Origin: Thermoplasmata archaeon
GTDB taxonomy: Archaea > Thermoplasmatota > Thermoplasmata > Lutacidiplasmatales > UBA184
NCBI GenBank assembly: GCA_021817605.1
Contig: JAKAUN010000012.1
Coordinates: forward strand, 7,507 to 71,506
Length of the DNA: 64,000 nucleotides
Reading direction: 5' to 3'
Made by a program: the position numbers and the translations under genes
Part shown: in pieces, positions 8,248 through 16,610 of the stretch
How the letters are laid out: each line of letters begins with the position of its first letter
How positions within the stretch are numbered: position 1 is the first letter of the stretch
The notes under the pieces: model-generated
Database searches by the model: none
What the model saw: only the letters and a program-made list of their open reading frames with translations
What the model was told of the DNA's origin: nothing

Positions 8248-8859
8248 CGCTAGCGCTCCTCCCTGCCCGCAGCGTAACCGTTTCGACCGGAGGAGAGCGG
8301 CCGCCGCTACATAAGAAACGACCGAGGCGGATCCCGTCCCTCTTCGCCGTCGGTCACCCCTACGATCAGCCGAGCGAGGCACAGATCACACGACGTTTCG
8401 GAAGGATCGACTCTGACGGTGTCAACCTCGTTCCTCCGTCGAAGGTAGACCAGAACAGGGAATTTTCACATAGGAGCCCGGGGGAGCCACACCTCAACCC
8501 TGCTTCGAGGAGCAGCGCTCCCTTCTCCGACCCGTGAACTGGCTCCACCCCCGCACGCGGTCGGGCTACTTCTCTGGATGAACCTCGAGCGACGTCTCCC
8601 GTTACTGATGGTCTTCAACGCAGCGGTTGGCCACCAGCTTTCAAGCCTTCTCCGTCTTCTGACCGGTGTCGCCGGTTCCTCGGAGCGAGGCAGCCTCATG
8701 GGACGGTCTCGCAGCCCCCCACGGTGCAGGCCAAATCCCGCCTTTCGGGGCTGTGAGGCCGGTCTGATCCATCACGTCATGTGAGGCGCTCGCGAGCTCC
8801 TCGCCACGCCGCGGGGCGGCCAGAAAGGCTCATGCGCCGGGGGCCCTCCGACGGCAATC

Positions 8860-9495
8860 ATGAGCCCCGGGGGGCCCCAAGCCTTGGGCATGTCCGCGCC
8901 CGACCTGACAGGTCCGGTCTCCATTCTGAATTGGCCGGTCGCCGGTCCCCCTTCCGGACGACGTCGCCGTCCACGCCTGTTCACGCACGTTCACCTCGAA
9001 GTCGACCTGCGTCCGGAGCTGCCGGCTGCCGCCGGAGGGATCGTGCGCCGTGTCGAGAAGCTCTTGGGCGAGCGGGAGGTCGTCGAGGCTCGGGACCTGC
9101 TCAGGCTCTCCGCGCGCGTCCTGCACGCTTTCAGTGCGGTCGGGTTCGTCCGGATCTATCACTGGGAGGCAAAGCCGGGCGGTTGGCTTCCCCTCCCCGG
9201 GGGCTCGGCGGAAGGGCCGGCCGAGCCGCTCGGCCATCTTCTTCGAGCTCTCGACAGCGACGCCTGGGCCACGCTGCGCGGCGCCCGGTCCCTCGCCCTG
9301 CGGCTGGGGGCAGTGGGGAACCTTCGCGCGGACGTCGAGATACGCCGGCGGCATCGGGAGCGACAGCACACGTTGTCGATCGACCTGCGAGGTCGGTTCC
9401 CTGGGACGACGGTCGAGGACCTCTTTGGAGCGCTCCGTTCCCGGACCCAGGTCCGTGCGAGCCGCGTCACCACGTCGGCCTCTGCGGGAACGTGA
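8860..9495 (+). CDS. Hypothetical protein (weak)
   Basis: Best-composed of three overlapping ORFs here (FTHVHLEVDLRPELPAAAGGIVRRVEKLLGEREVVEARDLL...); no recognisable domain. Confidence 0.3.
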   Translation: MSPGGPQALGMSAPDLTGPVSILNWPVAGPPSGRRRRPRLFTHVHLEVDLRPELPAAAGGIVRRVEKLLGEREVVEARDLLRLSARVLHAFSAVGFVRIYHWEAKPGGWLPLPGGSAEGPAEPLGHLLRALDSDAWATLRGARSLALRLGAVGNLRADVEIRRRHRERQHTLSIDLRGRFPGTTVEDLFGALRSRTQVRASRVTTSASAGT

Positions 9496-9756
9496 GTCCC
9501 GTCGACCCTCGATCCTCACCGGGGCCTTCAGGAACGCGGATCGTCTGACGACGCTCCCTCCCGTGCCCACTAGGGGCCCCCGAACAAGGGCCGCACTGGC
9601 GCGCCGGCAACCCCTCGTGCCGGTCCGGTGCATGCGCGACGCCCCTCCGGTGGAGGGAGGCATCGGCCGCGGCCCGCGAGGATTCCTCCTCACAACGGAT
9701 GGTGACCTTGCGGTCGGTCCGAGTCCGGCCGCGATATCGGCTCGGCGAGCTCGACC

Positions 9757-10755
9757 CTAATTTACGCGCGAGAGGACGGTCAGCGCTCGGAGCGTGATCA
9801 TCTTGCTCCGTCGACCCGGCTGCTCGAACGTCAGAGGTGCCGGGAGCTTCTCCGGGTGCTCCGCGAACCAGCGGGCGCTCTCCGGGTCCGGGTCGGTCTG
9901 GACCGCGTCGAGCTTCCAGGTCCCGTCACGTCCCCGCTTCGAGCGAAGCAGTTCGAGCGCGTACCCGAGCCGCGGGTCCTTCCCGTACCCCAGCGCGGTC
10001 AGGCAGTCGAGCCCGACCAGCAGGTCGTAGTAGTAATGGGTGGGCCAATGGAAGCGATACCAGGGCTCGTACCGGTCGCCCTGCTGATGGAGCTCGCGCT
10101 CGAGGTAGTACTCCGCGGTCCGTTCGACCACGTTCGTCATCCCGCGCGTCCACTTCTCCCGTGGGTACCGGGCGAAGGCCCCTAACCCCTCCCACGCGTC
10201 GAGCGTCCGGCTTGTCGCCGGGCCCTCGGTCGAGAACCTGCAACTCCAGCCCCCCTTCGGGTGCGCGGTCCTGACCAGCCAGTCCATCGTCTGCTGGACG
10301 CGGCGGTCCTCGGCGTAGCCCAAGCGGATCAGCGCGCGGGCCATGTTGGCCGTGAAGCAGTGGTGGCCCTTTCCTTTCCCGAGACCGCCCACCCCACCGC
10401 CGGCGAGGGGGGACTTGGCCATCCAATACTCGCACGACTCCCGTACCTCGGGGATCTCCCGTCCGGCGCCGAGGTCAGCGAGGGCCAGCATGTTCCAGTG
10501 GGTCCCAAGGAAGCGGGGCTCCATCCTGCCCCCGTCCCGGACCCACCAGCCCGCGGAATTGCGATGGGAGAGGATCTCACGGACCCACGGGTCCTTTGGG
10601 ATCTTCGCGCGAGCGGCACGGACTTCGGCGTCCGAGGACGGTCGACCCATGAGCTCGGTCAGGGTGAGATACCGAATCGACGGCTGGCTCGGTTCGAGTA
10701 GCCAAGTAAGAACGGTATCGCTCGGCACGAGGCCGTCGAAGGGACGGTTCCTCAT
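9757..10755 (-). CDS. Prenyltransferase/squalene-oxidase-repeat (alpha/alpha-toroid) protein, paralog A
   Basis: Repeats of the form xxQxxDGGW: ...PKGGWSCRF, RSKRGRDGTWKLDA, plus HYYYDLLVGL; paralogous to 11206..12171. Confidence 0.75.
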   Translation of the reverse strand: MRNRPFDGLVPSDTVLTWLLEPSQPSIRYLTLTELMGRPSSDAEVRAARAKIPKDPWVREILSHRNSAGWWVRDGGRMEPRFLGTHWNMLALADLGAGREIPEVRESCEYWMAKSPLAGGGVGGLGKGKGHHCFTANMARALIRLGYAEDRRVQQTMDWLVRTAHPKGGWSCRFSTEGPATSRTLDAWEGLGAFARYPREKWTRGMTNVVERTAEYYLERELHQQGDRYEPWYRFHWPTHYYYDLLVGLDCLTALGYGKDPRLGYALELLRSKRGRDGTWKLDAVQTDPDPESARWFAEHPEKLPAPLTFEQPGRRSKMITLRALTVLSRVN

Positions 10756-11205
10756 TAGACACCGGGGTCCGACGCCTTTGTCGCAGCCGCGAGTCGAGCG
10801 GGACCATCGGTCTCACGCGGTCGCCGCACAGAAGGCCGACCTAATCCGTAGCGGGGAGGGACTCCCCGCGCTACCCGTCCAGGAACCGACCGACCCACTT
10901 CCGTTTTCGGTCCTGTTCTCGCCGAGACGGGCCTCGCCCAGGGGAAACGACGACCCGTGCTTGGGCTTTGGAACCTTCGAAGAGCGCGGGCCAGGCACCC
11001 GCGGCAGCCACTGCCTTCCAACGAAAGCAAATCCCCTTAGGTCCCGAGGGGCCACCCGAGGCCGCGTCGCCAGGCTTCCCCGCGACCGTTGAAGGCCGTC
11101 GGCCGCTGTCGCGGGGGGTCGCGGCGCTCCCCCATGGATCGCCGCGCCGGTCGAGCGGCGAGAGCTGCAAGCCGTTTTGGCTTCCCCCTCCGTGGCCAGA
11201 AGCCC

Positions 11206-12171
11206 ATGCGCGTCGCTCCCCGGATTCAAAGATGGCTTACTGGGACAGAAGCCGACCCGAGCGTCCAACTTCGGTTCTGGACGGAGGTCGAGGGGAGGTC
11301 CGACCGAGACCCGGAGGTCCGCAAGGCGGCTCGGTCGGTGGGCCGCACCGGCTGGGCGGCGTCGCTACTCGAGCACCAGATGCCCGACGGGCACTGGTTC
11401 ACCCGGGGCGTATCGCCTCGGGAGCTCTACAGCCCCAAGTATCTGGTGACCAACTGGCGTGCCATCGTGCTCGCCGACCTCGGGATGACCCGGGCGGATG
11501 GCCGGGTCCGCCGGACCGCGGAGCTGATCCTCGAGCGTTGGGGGAGGAGGAGCAACGAGCTGAGCGGCCCCGACGCCGAGATCTGCTTCACGGGCAACGC
11601 GGTCCGGACCCTGATCCGGTTCGGTTACCTCGAGGATCCCGTCGTCCAGCGGGCCATTGCATGGATCGTCCGGACCCAGAAGGAGGACGGAGGCTGGCAC
11701 TGCTTCAGGTCGCGGACCGGCACCCTAGACTGCTGGGAGGGGTTGGCCGCGCTGGCCGAGATCCCGGAACCACAACGGGAGGGGTCGGTCCGGCGATCGA
11801 TCGAACAGGGAGCCGAGTTCTACCTTCGTAGACGCCTCATGAAGGAGGGACGGACACGCTACCCGCCGTGGTTTCGGATCCACTACCCGAACCACTACTA
11901 CTACGATCTCCTGGTGGGCCTGCGGATCCTGACCCGGCTCGGGTACGGGTCGGATCCCCGCATGGCGCCGGCGCTCAGCTGGTTGCGCCTCAAGCGCTCC
12001 CGGGGCGGGACCTGGGCTCTGGACGCGGTCCACCCGGACATGGTCCTTCCACGGGGGGAACGCTGGTGGACGACCGCCATCTTCCCCATGGTGCTCGAGC
12101 AGGCCGGCGCTCCCAGCCGATGGGCGACCGTGGAGGCGCTCAGCGTGCTCGCGAGGGTCGCTCGGTCCTGA
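11206..12171 (+). CDS. Prenyltransferase/squalene-oxidase-repeat (alpha/alpha-toroid) protein, paralog B
   Basis: QKEDGGWHCFRSRTGTLDCWEGL, RLKRSRGGTWALDAV, HYYYDLLVGL; N-terminus MRVAPRIQRWLTG aligns with the paralog start, so ATG at 11206 is preferred over the track TTG at 11089. Confidence 0.75.
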   Translation: MRVAPRIQRWLTGTEADPSVQLRFWTEVEGRSDRDPEVRKAARSVGRTGWAASLLEHQMPDGHWFTRGVSPRELYSPKYLVTNWRAIVLADLGMTRADGRVRRTAELILERWGRRSNELSGPDAEICFTGNAVRTLIRFGYLEDPVVQRAIAWIVRTQKEDGGWHCFRSRTGTLDCWEGLAALAEIPEPQREGSVRRSIEQGAEFYLRRRLMKEGRTRYPPWFRIHYPNHYYYDLLVGLRILTRLGYGSDPRMAPALSWLRLKRSRGGTWALDAVHPDMVLPRGERWWTTAIFPMVLEQAGAPSRWATVEALSVLARVARS

Positions 12172-12531
12172 TGCGCGGTCCTCGTCCCAAGGGATTCGAC
12201 TAGGACCGAGCGCACCCGACGGTCCGCGGGCCGAGCGGCCGAGATCCCGGCGAGGCGGTATACCCGGGCGACCTCGCGCGCCGAGGTGTCCGCGGAAGGG
12301 CCGTCCTCCGCGGTACGGGACGGACCGCCCGCGGAGTGCGAAGGGGCCTCCGGACCGCGAGGCGGATCGGGGGAGCGACGTCACCTGGCAGCCTGGGATC
12401 CCGGGGAGACCCCGAGGGGATACCCGGCCCGGGAACGTCAGAGCGCTATGCCACCGCTACCCGGAAGGGACACGACACCGCAGGAACGGGAGCGGAGGGA
12501 CCTCCGACCCGGCCGGGTGGGCGGACGCAGG

Positions 12532-13950
12532 CTATCGACGTCTCCGACGAACGACCGGCTCCAGGCTGAACCCGGCGACAAAGGCGACCGCAACCGCCAC
12601 GAAGAGCCCGAGCCAGGCCCAGAGCGGGAGGCCCAAGGGTCCCGTCGAGTACCACCCGCTCCTCGGGGGGCCGCTCGCCGCCGGCGTCGAGGTAGCGTTC
12701 GCCCATACGAACTGGTTCCGGTGCATGTCGTAGTCGCCGACCAGGCTCCCGTTGAGGCTGAGGTAGGTCGAAGTAGTGTTCGGGTCCGTAAACTCGTAAT
12801 TACCGTTCGTCCCCGAACCCCCCTGCCTCCCCAGGAGGTTCGGAACGGTAAGGGTGGCGTTGTTGAACGGATCCCAGAGGACGGTCTTTCCGTAGAGGCC
12901 CAAGTAGGTCGCCCAAATGTGTTGTGACGTGTACGAGTAGCGCTGGATGTAGGCCCAGTACGGCGAGGCGAACGAATAGGAGCCGCGGGCATGGAGGGTC
13001 CCTCCCGAGACGTTGAGGATCTCGTAGTAGGTCGGCCCGGTGCCGACGTTTCCCTCGAGGTCGATCGCGACTCGGCCGTCGCGAGCATCGTAAACGGCTC
13101 CCTGGGCGGCTCCGAACGTAGTGAACTCGGAGTTGTTCAACCAGACACGTCCTGCCATGTCCAGCGTCTCGCCGTGGAGGACGTACTGCGACGTCATGGT
13201 ACCCTGGGCGTCGATAAAGGAGTGGAGTTGCCAGACCCAGTAGATGTTGTCCGGGGCGAAACCGATTGGCGTGCTTTGCTCCAAGGAAGTGTCGTTCCAG
13301 AGATTCACCACGTAGGCAGGGCGGAGTTCGGCAACCCCCGTGCCGTTGACCGTCATGTTGAAGATCGCCACGTTCCCCCCTCCGACGTAATCCGCCTGGA
13401 CGAAGTTGCCCATTTCCACCGGCGTCGTCATCTGCCGGACACTTCCGTTCGAGAGCCAGACCGCCTCGACCGTCAGCCGTCCCGGCGCCGTGGTGAGGTT
13501 GCCGTAGAGGAGCGCGACATCGCCCGGCGTGTCGAGCTGGAACTCGTTGTCGACCTGTGCCTCGAGCGTGTAGGGCCCGGCGGACTTCTGGTACAGGAGG
13601 GTCAAAGGCGCTGAGATCGCCCCCTCCGCCCCTGTCCACGGGTCGTAGTAGTGCATCCTCGACGAGTTGTCGATGTAGACGATCGAGCCGGCGTAGCGGC
13701 CGGCGTAGTCATAGACGGGGTATTCGCATGTACGATAGGTGTAGACGTACGCCGACAGGCATGCAAAGTCCGGGAGCGAGTCGAGCGACAGCTCGTAGTT
13801 CCTGCCGTAGCCGACGGTCACGATTCCACCCGCCGACGTAGGATGTGGGGTGAGCGAAAGGGCCCCCGGAAGCAGGACGGAAAAGGCCAGGGCGAGTGCG
13901 AAGCCCGCGCGCACCTCTCTGAAGGGGCCCCCCGTAGGTACACGTCCCAT
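12532..13950 (-). CDS. Secreted surface glycoprotein with signal peptide and C-terminal TM/basic anchor
   Basis: Signal-like AGFALALAFSVLLPGALSL; >12 N-x-S/T sequons; C-terminal LGLPLWAWLGLFVAVAVAFVAGF + RRRRR; start ATG at 13950 sits ~30 nt downstream of a TATA-like TTTTTAG (leaderless). Confidence 0.85.
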   Translation of the reverse strand: MGRVPTGGPFREVRAGFALALAFSVLLPGALSLTPHPTSAGGIVTVGYGRNYELSLDSLPDFACLSAYVYTYRTCEYPVYDYAGRYAGSIVYIDNSSRMHYYDPWTGAEGAISAPLTLLYQKSAGPYTLEAQVDNEFQLDTPGDVALLYGNLTTAPGRLTVEAVWLSNGSVRQMTTPVEMGNFVQADYVGGGNVAIFNMTVNGTGVAELRPAYVVNLWNDTSLEQSTPIGFAPDNIYWVWQLHSFIDAQGTMTSQYVLHGETLDMAGRVWLNNSEFTTFGAAQGAVYDARDGRVAIDLEGNVGTGPTYYEILNVSGGTLHARGSYSFASPYWAYIQRYSYTSQHIWATYLGLYGKTVLWDPFNNATLTVPNLLGRQGGSGTNGNYEFTDPNTTSTYLSLNGSLVGDYDMHRNQFVWANATSTPAASGPPRSGWYSTGPLGLPLWAWLGLFVAVAVAFVAGFSLEPVVRRRRR

Positions 13951-13975
13951 GCTTCGAATGCGGAGCCGATGCACC

Positions 13976-13992
13976 TTTTGCTAAAAACCCGC
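13976..13992 (-). promoter_or_regulatory. Archaeal TATA-box-like element (TTTTTAG) for the surface glycoprotein gene
   Basis: Minus strand reads gggTTTTTAGcaaaagg, ~30 nt upstream of ATG 13950; AT-rich island in GC-rich context. Confidence 0.5.
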
Positions 13993-14147
13993 TCGGTTGG
14001 GTCCCTCGGGCATTGCGTGGGCGAAACCCGGTGGGAGCGAGCCGAGCTCGTTTCCCCTTGGGATTCCCGGTTCCGTTCTCCCAGGCCGGGCCCGCGGACG
14101 AGTACCCCGCACGCGGATGCACGGGACGTTCGCCGGACGGGGGCGAA

Positions 14148-15554
14148 TCACTCACGCCGCTCGTCCTCCCCGCGAGGAAGAGGGTGCCGGGGACGCGACG
14201 CGTCGTCGGTGAGCTCCGGTTCGCGCGGAGGGGCAAGAGGCGAGCCGCTGGACGTCGGGAAGAGGAACGGCGGGCTTTCCACGCTCAGCGCGGCGACCTC
14301 GGGTGCCGCCGCCACCCACGGCTCGGCGCCCTCGGGTTCCGCAGGCTCGCGACGCACCGGACGGACGGAGAGCCAAGCGGTCATCGCAACATTCGTTCCG
14401 AAGATGAGGAGGATCGCCGGAAAGAAGACGGCAGAGACACTGGGAATGAGTTCGGAGGCCACGACCAGCAGCACCGCGGAGGTGAGGCCCCGGCCGTAGA
14501 GTGCCGTGACGGGGCTCCGCCACGCAGGCGGAGTCCGCCCCGAGGAAGCGCTGACCGAGAAGAGGAGCCAACGAAGGAGCAGGAGTCCTCCGACGAGCAC
14601 GCCCACCCCGAGGGCGACCCGCAGCCCGGGATTCACGAGGACCGCGAACATTCCGATCAGGAACAGGAAGAAGGCGCGCAGCACGAAGGCGATCTCGGTC
14701 TGGACCCTCCTTAGATCGTTCGAGAACCGGAACGGGTGGGTCCGGCGCAGGAACCTTCGCACGAGGGGCTCGTTCCCGAGGACGACACCGAGGACCAGCG
14801 CCGCGAGGATCCCGGAGCCATCGAGCGCCTCTGCCGCCGCGTAGACGACAAACAGAAATCCGAGCGTGGCGAGGGCGGCGAACGGCCTGTCCTGCCACCC
14901 GTAGAGGAAGAAGAGCCACGCCAGCCCCGCGGCGAGGCCGACCGCGATCCCGACCGGCAAGGGCAGGACGAGCGAGGCCGTTACCGTCAGCGCGAGAGGG
15001 CCGGGCGAGGGTACCCGGAGGGCGACGATCGTGGTCACCGTGACCACCGCCAGCGCGTCCTCGAAGGCGCCGTCCAGCTGGAGGAAACTACGGAGCCCGA
15101 TCCCGGCCTCGAACCGGCGGGCCAGAGGAATCACCACGGCACCCGAGGTGCAGCCGAGCGCCGTCGCGAACAGCAGGCTCAGCAAGGCATGCCCGGGGAA
15201 CAGCACCCAGTAGCCGACGACGAACAGCAGCGCAGAGCTGGCGAAGTAGGTAGCCAACGCGAACAGGAGCGCGGAGCCCAGGTACGGCCGGATCTCGGAG
15301 AGGCGCAGGTCGATGCCCGCGTCGAACAGGATCAGCACGAGGGTCGCGGCGCCCAGCACCGGGGCGATGACGAGGAGGGAGCCGGGTGCGAGTAGGCCCA
15401 GCAGGGGGCCGGCGATGAAACCGAGTGCGAGGAGCCAGAGCACGTCGGGGACGCGGAATCGCGTCGCCAACCAATCCGCCCCGAAGCCCACGAGGAGCGT
15501 GAGACCGAGCAGCAGGACGAGGAGCGTGGATCCCGTCACCGACAAAAGGGGCAC
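14148..15554 (-). CDS. Cation:proton antiporter (CPA1/CPA2, Na+/H+ exchanger family)
   Basis: 468 aa, ~11-12 hydrophobic segments, typical Na_H_Exchanger composition (ATALGCTSGAVVIPLARRF...); GTG start. Confidence 0.85.
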   Translation of the reverse strand: MPLLSVTGSTLLVLLLGLTLLVGFGADWLATRFRVPDVLWLLALGFIAGPLLGLLAPGSLLVIAPVLGAATLVLILFDAGIDLRLSEIRPYLGSALLFALATYFASSALLFVVGYWVLFPGHALLSLLFATALGCTSGAVVIPLARRFEAGIGLRSFLQLDGAFEDALAVVTVTTIVALRVPSPGPLALTVTASLVLPLPVGIAVGLAAGLAWLFFLYGWQDRPFAALATLGFLFVVYAAAEALDGSGILAALVLGVVLGNEPLVRRFLRRTHPFRFSNDLRRVQTEIAFVLRAFFLFLIGMFAVLVNPGLRVALGVGVLVGGLLLLRWLLFSVSASSGRTPPAWRSPVTALYGRGLTSAVLLVVASELIPSVSAVFFPAILLIFGTNVAMTAWLSVRPVRREPAEPEGAEPWVAAAPEVAALSVESPPFLFPTSSGSPLAPPREPELTDDASRPRHPLPRGEDERRE

Positions 15555-16094
15555 GTCACGTCACCCCGGGCCCGGGAGCAGGAGCCTCGACGCGCACGCA
15601 GGGGCCGGGGGGCACGACCGGCGAATCGCCTGTCGAGGAGCTAATGGTATCGGTCTTGGAACCGGAGCGATGCGGACCCTTCGGCTTGAGCGGCTCTAGA
15701 CGACCCGGAGAATCCCGTTCGGTCGGACCCTCCCGCGTCCTCGCAGGCCGTCCGAGGGGAGGCGGCACGCGGAAGAGACGCTCGCTCTCCTCTCGGCAGG
15801 GCCCGGACATTCGAGGGGGCGCACTTCCACTCCGGAACGAGCAGGGAGCCCAGCGCCGGCCGCAACACGGCCTGCCCACCCTCCGCCCGGGCCCCTTTCG
15901 CGAAGTCCTGGGAAGGGTCCACTTATCCCGTCCGTCCCGGGTCGCCGGACGGAGGGTCGTCCCTGGGACCGCAGGGACGGGACCGATCTCTGCCGCGGAG
16001 GGCTCGCGTCGCTCTCGTCCTGCCGGCGGTAGGGGACAGGGTGGAACAGGGCACCGTCCGCGGGCACACGGTTCCAGGGTCGGAGACACTCCGG

Positions 16095-16562
16095 TCAGCG
16101 GACCGTCACGGTCAAGCGCGGCCCTCTCGCCGCGGGGCCACGCGCCCCCGTGGGGCGCTGCTCCTTGACGGGAGGCAGCCGATACCTCTGCAGAAGCTCC
16201 GCGGAACGAGGCTCGTCGCGGATCGCGCGGAATTCCGGACTCGGGTTGGAGTACCAGAAAGTGCGGTCGCCCTCGCCGAAGTCACGCTCCCGGGGGTCGA
16301 GCGACTTCACCTTCTCGCCGAACGCAGCGTACAACTGGGCGGCGAAGCCTTGAGAACCAACTCGTACGCCGCTTCGCTCTCGGTCGGTTGCTTCCCACTC
16401 GAGGGCATCTCCGTCGCCTCGACGAGCCACAGGCAGCGGAGGACGGGAGGGTTCCGTGAGGCCGAGTTCGCCCCCCCTACCGCACCGGTAAGGTCCGCTC
16501 CGCCGACCTTCCCCGAGGCGCCTGCATCGCCGGAAAACCGCGCTCGGGGGACGGTCCATCAA
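16095..16562 (-). CDS. Hypothetical small protein or gene remnant (weak)
   Basis: Only part (…SQGFAAQLYAAFGEKVKSLDPRERDFGEGDRTFWYSNPSPEFRAIRDEPRSAELLQRYRLP) is protein-like; the rest is R-rich; lies in a ~1 kb gene-poor region. Confidence 0.25.
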   Translation of the reverse strand: MMDRPPSAVFRRCRRLGEGRRSGPYRCGRGGELGLTEPSRPPLPVARRGDGDALEWEATDRERSGVRVGSQGFAAQLYAAFGEKVKSLDPRERDFGEGDRTFWYSNPSPEFRAIRDEPRSAELLQRYRLPPVKEQRPTGARGPAARGPRLTVTVR

Positions 16563-16610
16563 GGAAGGTCCTTACCGGTCAGGGGGAAAACAGGCTCGGT
16601 TGGCGAATGT

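Noticed and set aside
8781-9693. Overlapping 255-aa (+) and 287-aa (-) ORFs
   Set aside because: Extremely R/P/G-rich with no hydrophobic core; only the 8860..9495 frame retained, at low confidence
15556-16168. 177-aa (-), 174-aa (+) and 123-aa (-) ORFs
   Set aside because: Low-complexity R/P/G translations in a gene-poor island; no start-site support
16041-16610. N-terminal 190 aa of track ORF 16041..17624
   Set aside because: Junk upstream of the true signal peptide; real start at 16611/16647
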